A DNA stretch of 64,000 nt from Heterodontus francisci. Lineage: Eukaryota. Each line of letters starts with the position of its first letter. Position 1 is the stretch's first letter. The notes beneath the pieces were generated by a model, which saw nothing but the letters and a program-made list of their open reading frames with translations, was not told the DNA's origin and ran no database searches. Position numbers and translations under genes: made by a program. Positions 40,410-62,100 of this stretch are shown here, piece by piece. The stretch lies in assembly GCF_036365525.1 (NCBI RefSeq), contig NC_090401.1:61948868-62012867 (forward strand), given 5' to 3'.

Positions 40410-41380
40410 TACAACCTCAGGATGTCCCAAAGTGCTTCACAGCCAATTTAGAAGTGTAGTCACTGTTGTAAAGAAACATGGCAGCCAATTTCCACAGAAC
40501 AAGGTTCCACAGATAGTAGTGAGATAAATGACCAGATCTTGTTTTAGCGATGTTAGTTGAAGAATAAATGTTGATTAGAACAACAGAACTCCCCCACGCT
40601 TCACTCAATAGTGCCATGAGATCTCTTACATCTTCCTCAGAAGACAGGTGGCCTTAGTTTAACATCCCATCTGAAAGATCACAAGCTGAATTTTTGGGCC
40701 CGATGGGGCCGAGCACACAAGCGGGTGGGGTTGGAATTTTGTGCTGCCGGCCGGCATGCTGGTTCCCCCACTCATCCCGTCCCCTCGCCATTTTCCCAGA
40801 AGCGGGAATATGGGGGTGGGGGTTACCCATCCGCTAGCAATGACTAAGCAATTCACCTTGTAAAGTGCCTATTCTTGGAGGTCGACTAGAAAATTCCAAT
40901 TGGCCTCCAGGTACCCGATGGCATTGGGGGACAGCCCAGCTGCCTGGCGGCCTCCCAGTGCTCCAGACAGGCTTAGAGGCCCTCCTTGCCTGTTTGGCTA
41001 CAGCTGTGGCTGCAGGTCACCCTGTGGAAGGGCTCCCCCTCCATAGTGGTGGCCCAGCTGCTCAGTCTATGTTTTTTTTTAATTTAAGAAAGTTGGAGAG
41101 AGGGCACCTCCATCTTGGGGCGCCCTCTCTTACTTACCTTGAAAGGCCAGCTTCAGCTCCTTCCGAGCTGGAGGATCTCCTATTGGCCTTCCAGCTTCGA
41201 GAGCCCATCCACCGTCCTTATTTGGACAGTGAGCCCACCCCCTGACCACCAATTAGCCAATTCAAGGAACATCAGCAGTGACTGTTCCCCACAGTGCAGG
41301 CTTCCGACCCCCATTTGAGGCTGACAGTGGGGTCCAGAAACCTGCAGGGAAGATCCTGCCCACATCTCTGACAATGCAGT
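40410..41380 (-). mobile_element. Deu-domain (SacSINE1/AmnSINE-like) SINE interrupted by a GC-rich Harbinger-type MITE (about 40684-41361)
   Basis: 40410-40680 matches the SINE at 56935-57391 and resumes at 41362. The insert has termini AGCTGAATTTTT / AAGATCCTGCCC, similar to the Harbinger end at 21077-21088, and a possible 3-bp TSD ACA. Confidence 0.6.
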
Positions 41381-43251
41381 ATTTCATTATCACTATAGTG
41401 AAGTTTAAACTAATTTTGGTACTGATGACACAAATCAGAAAGATCCCAGATTTCAGCTTTGGTCAGTGCTGAATTAATTGAACTCAGGTGAGACATCAGT
41501 GGAGACAGAACATTTGGCCACAGTGTTCCTGAGCCAAGTGAATAATTAGCCGAAGTTCTTTGTTCTCCAGTACCTTCTGCTGGAATGTAAACTTGAGTGG
41601 CCCATTTTCTATTTATTTTCTCTCACTCTTTAATTAACCTGCTATGAAAGAATAAAAGTCACATTTATGAACCTTTTTTCACATCATTGGAAAGTCCTCA
41701 TTAAAACTAATAGATAAAAACTTCTGACATGACTCAATTGGCTATGACAGTGAATAGTTGAGCCATATAAAACTGACGCTTCCAGGCTTCATCTGCAGTC
41801 TATGCTAAGTTGGGTGATCTCAGCTAGGGTGCCAGTATGAGTGCTATAATTGGCTTCCATGTACGCTAGTTAAGGTGGTAAAATGGGCCATCGCTCCTAA
41901 TTACTATCCACTGAGACCTTCAGGAAGTGTGAACATAGACATCAGGTGAAAACTAGACTGTATGCAGTTGTTTCCATCTTTTCCACCTTTTGCTGACACT
42001 CAGAGTTTAGGTTCTCATAGGAGGACTAGCTAATGTGTGTGAGGTACAAGAGAGCAACTGGACAGCCTTATCTCATCAAGGAATCAATAATACCTTTTGG
42101 AGAGTATGAGGGCACACCAACACCCATGGCATGATTTTCCAGTACGGAGTCAATGTTGCCTTCAGGAAGGCAGGAAGGGGGCATGAAAATGTGCCCAGGA
42201 AGATGTCAAAGTCTTGAAAGAGGAGGGGGATGAAAACCAGTTGATAAAAAGGAGGAATTTATAAAATTTCTCATGTTATAGACAAATAATTTTTAAATCA
42301 AGATTCTTTCAAATCTTAGTACAATGCTGCACATAATACATAACTCACAAAAAAAACTCATTTGCTGTATCCACAGCAATGCAGCATGGCCCAAGTGTCC
42401 TTCAAATATCCTATTTAGCTGTTTGAAGGATGCCGTGAATAAACTCTAGTGAGCCACTCTAATTATAAGATCCTTATTTTACCCTTGACCTTCAGCAGTC
42501 AATCAAGCTTTATTGTTCCAATGCACTGAACAGACCATATAGCTATCACTATGGAATCCACAATAGTCACCTGTAACGTGCTGCTACAATATAGTTCCTT
42601 TCCTTAAATCAGTTTTATAACAATTTCAGTTTTATAACAAATCTTGCTCTTGCTACAGTGGCTTTTCCTAGCACAGAGATCAAGCAATTTCAACTGTAAT
42701 TTAGGGTTTACAAAATAGGCAAGGGAAAGTCTGTGGCTACATCTGAATACCAGGATTTAATGTTCAAACTGGTAATGGATTGGATGGCTATTGCATATGA
42801 ATCTAATATCAGCATTTCTGCTATCTATGCTTATATTCTGCATTGCCTGTTCATTCTATGGTATTTTATAAGCCTGTTCTTGACAAATGGAATGACAATC
42901 CCCTTCACATTCAGATCAATCTACTGTGTAGCAGTTTTTAACTGGCCTACTATTTGGAAGAGGAACAAAATGGCTACACTCTATACACATGTGCCCAGTG
43001 GCTAAAGAGATCAGAAATAAATACTAAAAATGGTCTTTTAATTAGAAGAATTATTGATATTATTCAACCAGATCCCTTCACAATAGGTCATTCCCCATTG
43101 TCACAATAGCTCCCTATTTGCGCTTCATCCAATTTGTCCTTCAGATTCACAAGTTCATCTTCTTAATTAAGCAGGTAAATTATTTCCCATATCCCAGAGC
43201 TCCCTGTAGGAAACTCCATGCATATCTGATGCACATTAATGAAGAAGGGTA

Positions 43252-43432
43252 ACATAGAAACATAGAAAATAGGAGCAGGAGTAGGCCATTTGGCCCTTCG
43301 AGCCTGCTCCGCCATTCATTCTGATTATGGCTGATCATCCAACTCAGTAACCTGTTCTGGCTTTCGCCCCATACCCGTTGATCCCTTTAGACCCAGGAGC
43401 TATATCTAACTCCTTTTTGAAAACACTCAATG
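43252..43432 (-). mobile_element. CR1 3' end (same subfamily as 11309)
   Basis: Near-identical to 11307-11480, with an (ACATAGAA)2 tail. Confidence 0.8.
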
Positions 43433-44035
43433 TTATTAGGAAAATCTTAGAAATTCCACAAAACATTGTGTAGATACTGCATGTGTCCATAGATTTATGG
43501 ATACGCAACATGACTATATTATTACAGTAATTAGTTCCTGTAAATATATGCTTTATAAATACATTAATACCATCTAGTGGCAGGAAGAAAGTATCACAGA
43601 ATTTAAAAACTACTGATTTTTCTGGGATTATGCTTAAAACAATAAAAAGTTTCAGAGTACTGCACACTGACTTCATTTGTCACAACTATTCAACTTTACA
43701 CATTTACCACAGTGGATATACCTTTCCAATCAACTACAGCATGACTTCCATTCTTTGATGTTCAGAATTAAAAAACCTTTTACTTTACTGGAAGAAAAAT
43801 ATTCAGAATTGTTTTATACCGGGACACGGCTGTGTCTTCCATTCGCTATATAGATCAGTACTAGATCTTAATCTGAAAATGCCAACTGCTGAAAGAGCAG
43901 CAAACAAAAACTGAAAATTACTGGCCTCTAATCTGACACTAGATTGAAGATAGCTGGAGTCCATTTTCTGTACAGGTCTCCAATGTAATATAAACACACC
44001 AACTGCAGGACATTTTATATCTTTAAAATGCTTGT

Positions 44036-44512
44036 TTTTTTGTTTATTCGTTCATGGGATGTGGGCGTCACTGGCCAGGCCAGCATTTATTGTCCTTCCC
44101 TAATTGCCCTTGAGAAGGTGGTGGTGAGCTGCCTTCTTTTATCACTGCAATCCTTGGGGTGTAGGTACACCAAGAGCTCTGTTAGGAAAGGAGTTCCAGC
44201 GTTTTGACCCAGCAACAGTGAAGGAACGGCGATATAGTTCAAAGTCAGGATAGTGTGTGGCTTGGAGGGGAACTTGCAGGTGGTGGTGTTCCCATGCATC
44301 TGTTGACCTTGTCCTTCTAGGTGGTAGAGGTCATGGGTTTGAAAAGTGCTGTCAAAGAAGCCTTGGTGAGTTGCTGCAGTGCATCTTGTAGATGGTACAC
44401 ACTGCTGCCAATGTGTGTCGGGGGTGAAGGGAGTGAATGTTGAAGGTGTTGGATGGGGTGCCAATCAAGCGGGCTGCTTTGTCCTGGATGGTGTTGAGTG
44501 TTGTTGGAGTTG
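44036..44512 (-). mobile_element. LINE family B 3' fragment in the TMEM234 3' region, sense orientation
   Basis: Matches 14303-14780. It carries AATAAA on the minus strand at about 44043-44048 and 44086-44091. Confidence 0.8.
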
Positions 44513-44684
44513 TCTTAGAAATTGACTCTCTATTCTGCTCCAATTCTGAGATACATCCAGAGAAGAGTTGTGCTTGTTTACCATTCTGCATTTTTGTTTC
44601 GTCCTCATTTTATGAGTTGATCAAGTATAGCTATACAATTAAAAGCTTGATTTTATCCTTTTGATGCATCAGGTTCCCTTTATG

Positions 44685-55929
<11,245 letters not shown>

Positions 55930-55944
<15 letters not shown>

Positions 55945-56200
55945 GCCAGCAGCTGAGTGACTCCTGACCCCGCGGGGTTTCCTTCCGGTGGGTGGGTGCT
56001 GCGCATGCGTGATCGCTGCTTCCGGTCTCCACGCTGCTGAGGGAAGAGGTGGACGGTAGCGGACACGGAGCAGTCATGGTGGGTATGAGGGAGATGAAGG
56101 GGGAGGCGACCGGCTCCGAGCAGCCATGGTGGGTGTGAGGGAGGAGGTCACATCCCCTCCCCCGGGTCAGTGAGGAGCGATCACAGTCGCTGCTTTAGAT
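55930..56200. promoter_or_regulatory. CpG-rich, probably bidirectional housekeeping promoter
   Basis: CpG cluster with an NRF1 site TGCGCATGCG (56000-56009) flanked by two ETS/GABPA sites CTTCCGG (55982-55988, 56019-56025). The TMEM234 ATG is at 55944 on the minus strand. Confidence 0.8.
56076..56078 (+). CDS. Possible ATG-only first coding exon of the divergent gene (EIF3I by human synteny; not verifiable here)
   Basis: GCAGTCATG|GTGGGT gives Kozak-like context followed directly by a GT donor, and is repeated at 56126-56128. EIF3I is head-to-head with TMEM234 in human. No downstream exon was found in this window. Confidence 0.4.
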
Positions 56201-56599
56201 GCCAATCCGGTCTGTCATTGAATGGCAGACCGGGCTGGAAGGGCCGAATGGCCGACTCTTGCTTCATCCTTAAAAGCTGCTCCTTTGACCAAGCTTTCAG
56301 TCACCTGCCCTGATACCGTTTTATGTGGCTCGCTGTCAAATTGTGTTTGATAACACGCCTGTGAAGCGAATTGCGATGTTCTAACTGTTAAAGGTGTTAT
56401 ATTAGTGAGTTTGGAGCCCTGGGATCACTGGGAGAAGTCTCAGTGTCGGGAGGCAGAGGGACTGGCCTCTGTTTCAGCCTCACTGCATTACTCATGTTTG
56501 TAAACTGATTATAATTTCCAAATAGCAGCACCAAAAATCATCTGCCATGATGCCAAGCATTACTACTTCTTTGTGTCGTCTCAGGTGCAAAATGGAAAG

Positions 56600-56930
56600 C
56601 AACGACTTGGTTTATATAGTGTATTTAATGTAGTAAAACTTCTCGAGGTACTTTAAAGGAGCGTTGTAAAGCAAAATTTGACAGCAATCCACCTAAGGAG
56701 TTATTAGGGCAGATGATGAAACACTTGGTCAAAGAAGTTGGTTTCAAGGAATGTCTTAAAGGAAGGAGGAGAGAGAGGCGGAGAGGTTTAGGGAGTGATT
56801 CCAGAACTTGGGGTCTAGGCAGCTGAAGCACGGCCGCCAGTGGTGGAACGATTAAGATCAGGGATGCTACAGAAGCCAGAATTAGAGGATCGTAGATATT
56901 TCTGATGGTTGTGGGGCTGGAGCAGATTTT
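56600..56930 (-). mobile_element. L2-type LINE 3' fragment
   Basis: Reverse complement of the family seen at 1800-2140. Confidence 0.7.
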
Positions 56931-56934
56931 TAAA

Positions 56935-57391
56935 AAGAACCACTTGCATTTATGTACCACCTTTCATTACCACCGGACATCTCAAAACATTTTATAGTCA
57001 ATGAACTAATTTTTTGAAGTGTAGTCACCGTTGTAATGCAGGAGATGCGACAGCCAGGATGCACACAGCAAACTGTAACAAACAGCAATGTGATAATGAA
57101 CAGATAATCTGTTTTTGTGGTGTTGATTGAGGGATAAATATTGGTCAGGACACTTGGGAGAACTCCCCTGCTCTTCGAAATAGTGCCATGGGATCTTTTA
57201 CATCCACCCAAACAAGCAGAGGGGGCCTTGGCCTAACGTTTCATCCAAAAGATGACAGTTCAGATAGTGCAGTGTTCCCTCAGTACTACGATGGAGTGTT
57301 AGCCTTGATTTTTGCACCCAAGCCCTGGAGTGGGACTTGAACCTGAAACTGCGTGACCTAAAGGTGCTACCCACTGAGCCACAGCTGACAC
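56935..57391 (-). mobile_element. Deu-domain SINE (SacSINE1-like), near full length
   Basis: Minus strand shows a tRNA head (GTGGCTCAGTGGGTAGCA...GGTTCAAGTCCCAC), a Deu-like core (AAAAGATCCCATGGCACTATTTCGAAGAGCAGGGGAGTTCTCCC) and an L2-like tail. Confidence 0.7.
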
Positions 57392-57446
57392 AGAGATAGG
57401 GAGGGGTACATAGGTCCCTGAAGGTGGCTGGATGGTTAAGGTGGTC

Positions 57447-57462
57447 AAGAAGGCATATGGGA
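57447..57462 (+). repeat. Left copy of 16-bp target-site duplication
   Basis: AAGAAGGCATATGGGA, identical at 63533-63548. Confidence 0.92.
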
Positions 57463-57514
57463 TCGCTTCTCGGCCTTTTGGTTAAGATCAAGTGTAGTAT
57501 CTGTTCTTATCAGT
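57462..57514 (+). ncRNA. RNU2: U2 snRNA 5' fragment (nt 1-53), fused to the retrotransposon 5' end; not a functional U2 gene
   Basis: ATCGCTTCTCGGCCTTTTGGTTAAGATCAAGTGTAGTATCTGTTCTTATCAGT matches vertebrate U2 nt 1-53 at 52/53 (C21T). It begins exactly at U2 +1 and includes stem I and the GTAGTA branch-point pairing sequence. There is no Sm site or 3' half. Confidence 0.95.
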
Positions 57515-57577
57515 GCTTATTTGATTGAGAAGAGACCATGATCATTGCCTTTTGATCCTGGGGAAGCTTTGAGTAAA

Positions 57578-59104
57578 ATGGCTATAACCAATTTTCGAGC
57601 TTCGGGCCAGGGAGTGCGCAACACCGTTCGGGTGGTCGTGAAGGACAAGGAAGGAGATGCACTGGTCGATCGCACCTTCTTCATCAAGAAAATTCTCTTC
57701 GATTGCTGCGGATTTCAAGCGACGGACGTCTTCTGCCTGCAGGATTTCCCCAGCAATGGATACTTCGACGTGACGTTCCGGAACGTGGCGGGATGCATCA
57801 AGTTCCTGAAGGCGTTCAAGGAGAAAGGGGACCGGGCTCCACTGTCGATCCTCACAGCGGAGCCGCTCTTCACGCTTCCGTCACAACGGGACCGGGTGGT
57901 GACGATTCACCTCTACAACCCCCATGTTCCGGTGGTGGATGTACTCACCTTTCTCGCCAGGTACGTCGAGGTGGCCGGCAGCAGCACTGATGTCAAGGAC
58001 CCCTTTGGGATCTGGACCAGCAAGCGGCAGGTCAAGGTGACCTTGAAGGTAGATCCCAGTGGAGCCATCATCCACCCTCCCTCCAGCTTCGCTATCGGGG
58101 GAAGTCGAGGCTTTTTGGTCTACGCTGGGCAGCCCAGAGTTTGCTGCACCTGTGGCAAATCTGGTCACATGGCAGCCAACTGCAGCACGGTTGTTTGCAA
58201 GAACTGCAAGGAGGAAGGCCATCAGACCAAGGACTGTAAGCAGACTAAGTGTTGCAACTTGTGCGGTGCGGCAGGCCATCTCTACAAGACCTGCCCCAAA
58301 CGTTGCCTCAGCTATGCTCAGGCGGCAAGGTCCAAGGAAAGGCCGGGAGAAGGTTCGACGAAGGCGTCCGCTGTTCGAAAGGAGACCAGCAACCTTCTTC
58401 GCAGTGAGGAACTTCAACCTGAAAAGGAAGGGGAGGCAGCTGAAACCAACGACCCAGCACCTACCCAGCGCCCGGAAACCCCTCCTACACAGACAGAATC
58501 AATGGAGGAGGAGGCAGCAGATGGACAAACAGGTCAGTGGCAAGTGGTCCAGAGGAAAACCACAAAGAAAAAACATCCCAAAGCCACCACCCAAACCAGT
58601 GGCAAGAGGAGGCTCTCTTCTGAATCAGACTGCAACAACTCCTCTTCACTGGACGGGGAAATGCTGGAACGACAGCCCCTTCAAAAGAGGCGGCAGAACT
58701 CCGAGATGGATGATAAAGCATCCCAGCCCCCGGGCACTGGAAGCTGTGATGGGCCCGGCGTGCCCCAACCCCAATTCCCCACACGTAACGACGTGGCCAA
58801 CGCATCTCAGCTCCGGGACACCGGGAGCAAAGACACGTCTGGCGCACCTGAGCTCCGGGAGACCGGGAGCTGTGATGTTTTCGAGGAGGAACAGATGGAA
58901 GCAGCTATGGACAACCCAATGCTCTCTGCCTACAAGACCCCCCCGATGTCACCCGAGCGGCACAAACCCTGCATGAAAAATCAGGAGGGGTTTCTGAGCC
59001 CAACCAACGTGAAACTGCTTGCGCATACGATGGGTATGCAGGAACATCCCGAAGGGGAAGGACTGGGACTAGCGAGGACAAATGGTATGGGAAGCAACAA
59101 CTAA
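57578..59104 (+). CDS. ORF1p: Gag-like nucleic-acid-binding protein (ZCCHC3-like N-terminal region, 3 CCHC knuckles, disordered tail), 508 aa from the first in-frame ATG
   Basis: Knuckles CTCGKSGHMAANC, CKNCKEEGHQTKDC and CNLCGAAGHLYKTC, followed by SYAQAA and WQVVQRK...KRR motifs typical of Tx1/L1-group ORF1. Confidence 0.9.
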   Translation: MAITNFRASGQGVRNTVRVVVKDKEGDALVDRTFFIKKILFDCCGFQATDVFCLQDFPSNGYFDVTFRNVAGCIKFLKAFKEKGDRAPLSILTAEPLFTLPSQRDRVVTIHLYNPHVPVVDVLTFLARYVEVAGSSTDVKDPFGIWTSKRQVKVTLKVDPSGAIIHPPSSFAIGGSRGFLVYAGQPRVCCTCGKSGHMAANCSTVVCKNCKEEGHQTKDCKQTKCCNLCGAAGHLYKTCPKRCLSYAQAARSKERPGEGSTKASAVRKETSNLLRSEELQPEKEGEAAETNDPAPTQRPETPPTQTESMEEEAADGQTGQWQVVQRKTTKKKHPKATTQTSGKRRLSSESDCNNSSSLDGEMLERQPLQKRRQNSEMDDKASQPPGTGSCDGPGVPQPQFPTRNDVANASQLRDTGSKDTSGAPELRETGSCDVFEEEQMEAAMDNPMLSAYKTPPMSPERHKPCMKNQEGFLSPTNVKLLAHTMGMQEHPEGEGLGLARTNGMGSNN

Positions 59105-59117
59105 TTTTTGGTAAAAA

Positions 59118-62100
59118 ATGGGTGTAAGAATTGCTTCCATTAATGTGCGTAGCATTAAATCTACTACGCGATGTGTTTCAACCTTGGATTACCTTGCCAA
59201 GGTCAAAGCTGACCTACTGTTTCTGCAGGAGTGTGGAATACCACACCTCAGCACCTACAGGCAGTGGTCGCGATGGTGGTCCCACGGGCCATCGATCTGG
59301 TCGGGGGGTAATGACTGCCGTTCCTCCGGCCTGGGTATTCTGCTGCGGGGAGGTAACTTCACCATCTCCGAAGTTAAGGAGGTGGTGGGCGGCCGCCTCC
59401 TCGTAGCAGACGTGATGTACAACAACGCTCCGCTCCGGTTGATCAACGTGTACGCCCCGGTACAACGCAGCGAGCGGCTGACCGTCTTCCAGCAGCTCCC
59501 ACTGCTGCTGGCGACGTCCAGGCCGGTCATCCTAGGCGGTGACTTCAACTGCATCATCGATGCGGCTGGACGATCCGGCAGTGACGACAGCAAACTGGAC
59601 GCTACGTCCAGATTCCTAGTAGAAACAGTTAAGGATGCCAAACTGCACGACGTCTTCAGCAAACCTGCAGACGGAGCGCAGCGCAGATACACATGGTCAA
59701 GATCGGACGGGTCTGCCCGTTCCAGGATTGACTTCCTGTTTGTGTCCCGTGCTGTCACGGTCGGATCCACCGACGTCAAGCCGGTGTTCTTCTCCGACCA
59801 CTGCCTCTTACTGGCCGACTGTCACTTACAGGACGACCAGCGGGTTGGCAGAGGGACGTGGAAGCTCAATGCGACACTGCTGACCCCAGAGAACGTTGAG
59901 GAACTCAAAAGGGATTACAATGGTTGGAGGACCGTGAAACCCCTCTTTGAGTCTCCAGTTCACTGGTGGGAAGCGATAAAGGAGAACATCAAGAGGTTCT
60001 TCATCCACAAAGGTGTTCAGAAGGCGAGAGAGAGACAGAGGGAACTGTCCCGACTCCAGAAAATTATGCAAAATCTACTCCGGTTGCAGTCAATGGGGGT
60101 CGAGGTCAAGGAGGACCTCCAAGAGGTGAAGAGCCAGCAGGCCTCGCTCTTTGCCAAGGAGGCCTCCAAGATCATCTTCCGGTCCAGAGTCCGCTCCATC
60201 GAGCAGGATGAGACGTGCTCGCGTTACCTCTTCCAAAAGGTACACAGAGAGAGCTCTATTATCAGCAGCCTGAAGGAAGAAGATGGCTCGGTAACGTCTT
60301 CGCAGTCCGACATACTAAGGATCAGCAAATCCTTTTATGCTGGGCTGTATGACGCGAAGCCCACAGACAGCAGAGCCTCCCAGTCCTTCCTGTCATCTAT
60401 CACAGAGGTCCTAGATGACAGCAGGAGGGAGAGACTGGACAAGCCGCTAATTCTGGACGAGCTGACAAAGGCCGTCGAGTCTTTCGAGACGAGTAAAACT
60501 CCCGGGAGCGACGGCTTACCGGTCGAGTTGTACTCGTCCCTGTGGGACTGGGTCGGCCCGGACCTGCTGGAAGTATACGAGAGTATGCTCCTGGCCGGCA
60601 GCATGTCAGAATCCATGAGAAGAGGCATCATCACCCTCATTTACAAGCAGAAGGGGGAGAGGGCAGAAATCAGAAATTGGCGGCCCATCTCACTGCTTAA
60701 TGTTGATTACAAGATTCTGTCCAAAGTCATAGCCAGTCGAGTCAAGTCTGCTCTGGAGTTGGTGATTCACCCCGATCAGACCTGTACTGTACCCGGCAGG
60801 AAGATCTCTGATAGTCTCGCGCTACTCAGGGATACGATCGCCTACGTACGGGACAGGAGGGTGGACACCTGCCTCATCAGTCTGGACCAGGAGAAGGCTT
60901 TTGACAGGATATCGCACACCTACATGATGGACGTGCTTTCCAAAATGGGGTTTGGGGAGGAAATCTGCAATTGGATCCAACTGCTCTACACAAACATCAG
61001 TAGCGCAGTGTCAATCAACGGGTGGGAATCTGAAAGTTTCCCGATCAAATCTGGAGTCAGACAGGGCTGTCCTCTGTCCCCGGTCTTGTTTGTTTGCTGT
61101 ATTGAACCCTTTGCTGAGTCTATTAGGAAGGATGCGAGCATAAGAGGGGTGACAATCCCAGGCAGCGGAGGCACTCAGGTCAAAACCTCCCTGTACATGG
61201 ATGACGTCGCCGTCTTCTGCTCGGATCCGCTGTCCGTGCGCAGACTGATGAGCATCTGCGACCAGTTCGAACTGGCCTCGGGAGCCAAAGTTAACCACGG
61301 CAAGAGCGAGGCCATGTTCTTTGGGAACTGGGCTGACCGATCCTTTGTCCCCTTCACCGTCAGGTCAGATTACCTGAAGGTGCTGGGGATATGGTTCGGA
61401 AGTGCCGGGGCGTGCACCAAAACATGGGAGGAGCGAGTAGCCAAGGTACGACAAAAGTTGGGCATGTGGGGGCAGCGATCTCTCTCCATTGTGGGTAAGA
61501 ACCTGGTCATCAGGTGCGAGGCGCTCACGTTGTTGCTCTACGTGGCGCAGGTCTGGCCCATACCCCACTCCTGCGCCGTGGCAGTCACCCGAGCCATTTT
61601 CCGCTTCGTCTGGGGATCTAAAATGGACCGGGTCCGGAGGGACACGATGTTCAAATCTCTGGACATGGGCGGGAAAAATGTACCCAACGTGGCCCTCATC
61701 CTGATGACCACCTTCGTGTGCGGCTGCATCAAGCTATGTGTAGATCCCCAGTACGCAAACTCCAAGTGTCACTACGTGCTGAGGTTCTATCTGTCCCCGG
61801 TGTTGCGAAGGATGGGCCTGGTCACATTGCCGCGGAACGCACCATGCAGTTGGGCGGCGCCGTACCACCTATCCTTCGTGGAGCAGTTTCTGCGGAAAAA
61901 CACCTTTGACCACCGGTCCATCAGGCAGTGGTCTGCACGGAATGTCCTCAAGGCCCTACGGGAAAAGGAAACGGTGGATCCTGTCGGATGGTTCCCCGAG
62001 CAGACCGTCAAAGTCATTTGGCGGAATGCCTCATCACCAGAACTTTCAAACAAGCACCAAGACGTAGCTTGGCTGGTGGTGAGAAGGGCCCTCCCCGTCA

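Noticed and set aside
57462-57514. Functional U2 snRNA gene
   Set aside because: Only nt 1-53 are present. There is no Sm site or 3' half, and the upstream flank is CR1 sequence rather than an snRNA promoter.
57545-57577. ORF1 start at 57545 as in the ORF track
   Set aside because: That is a TTG codon; the first in-frame ATG is 57578.
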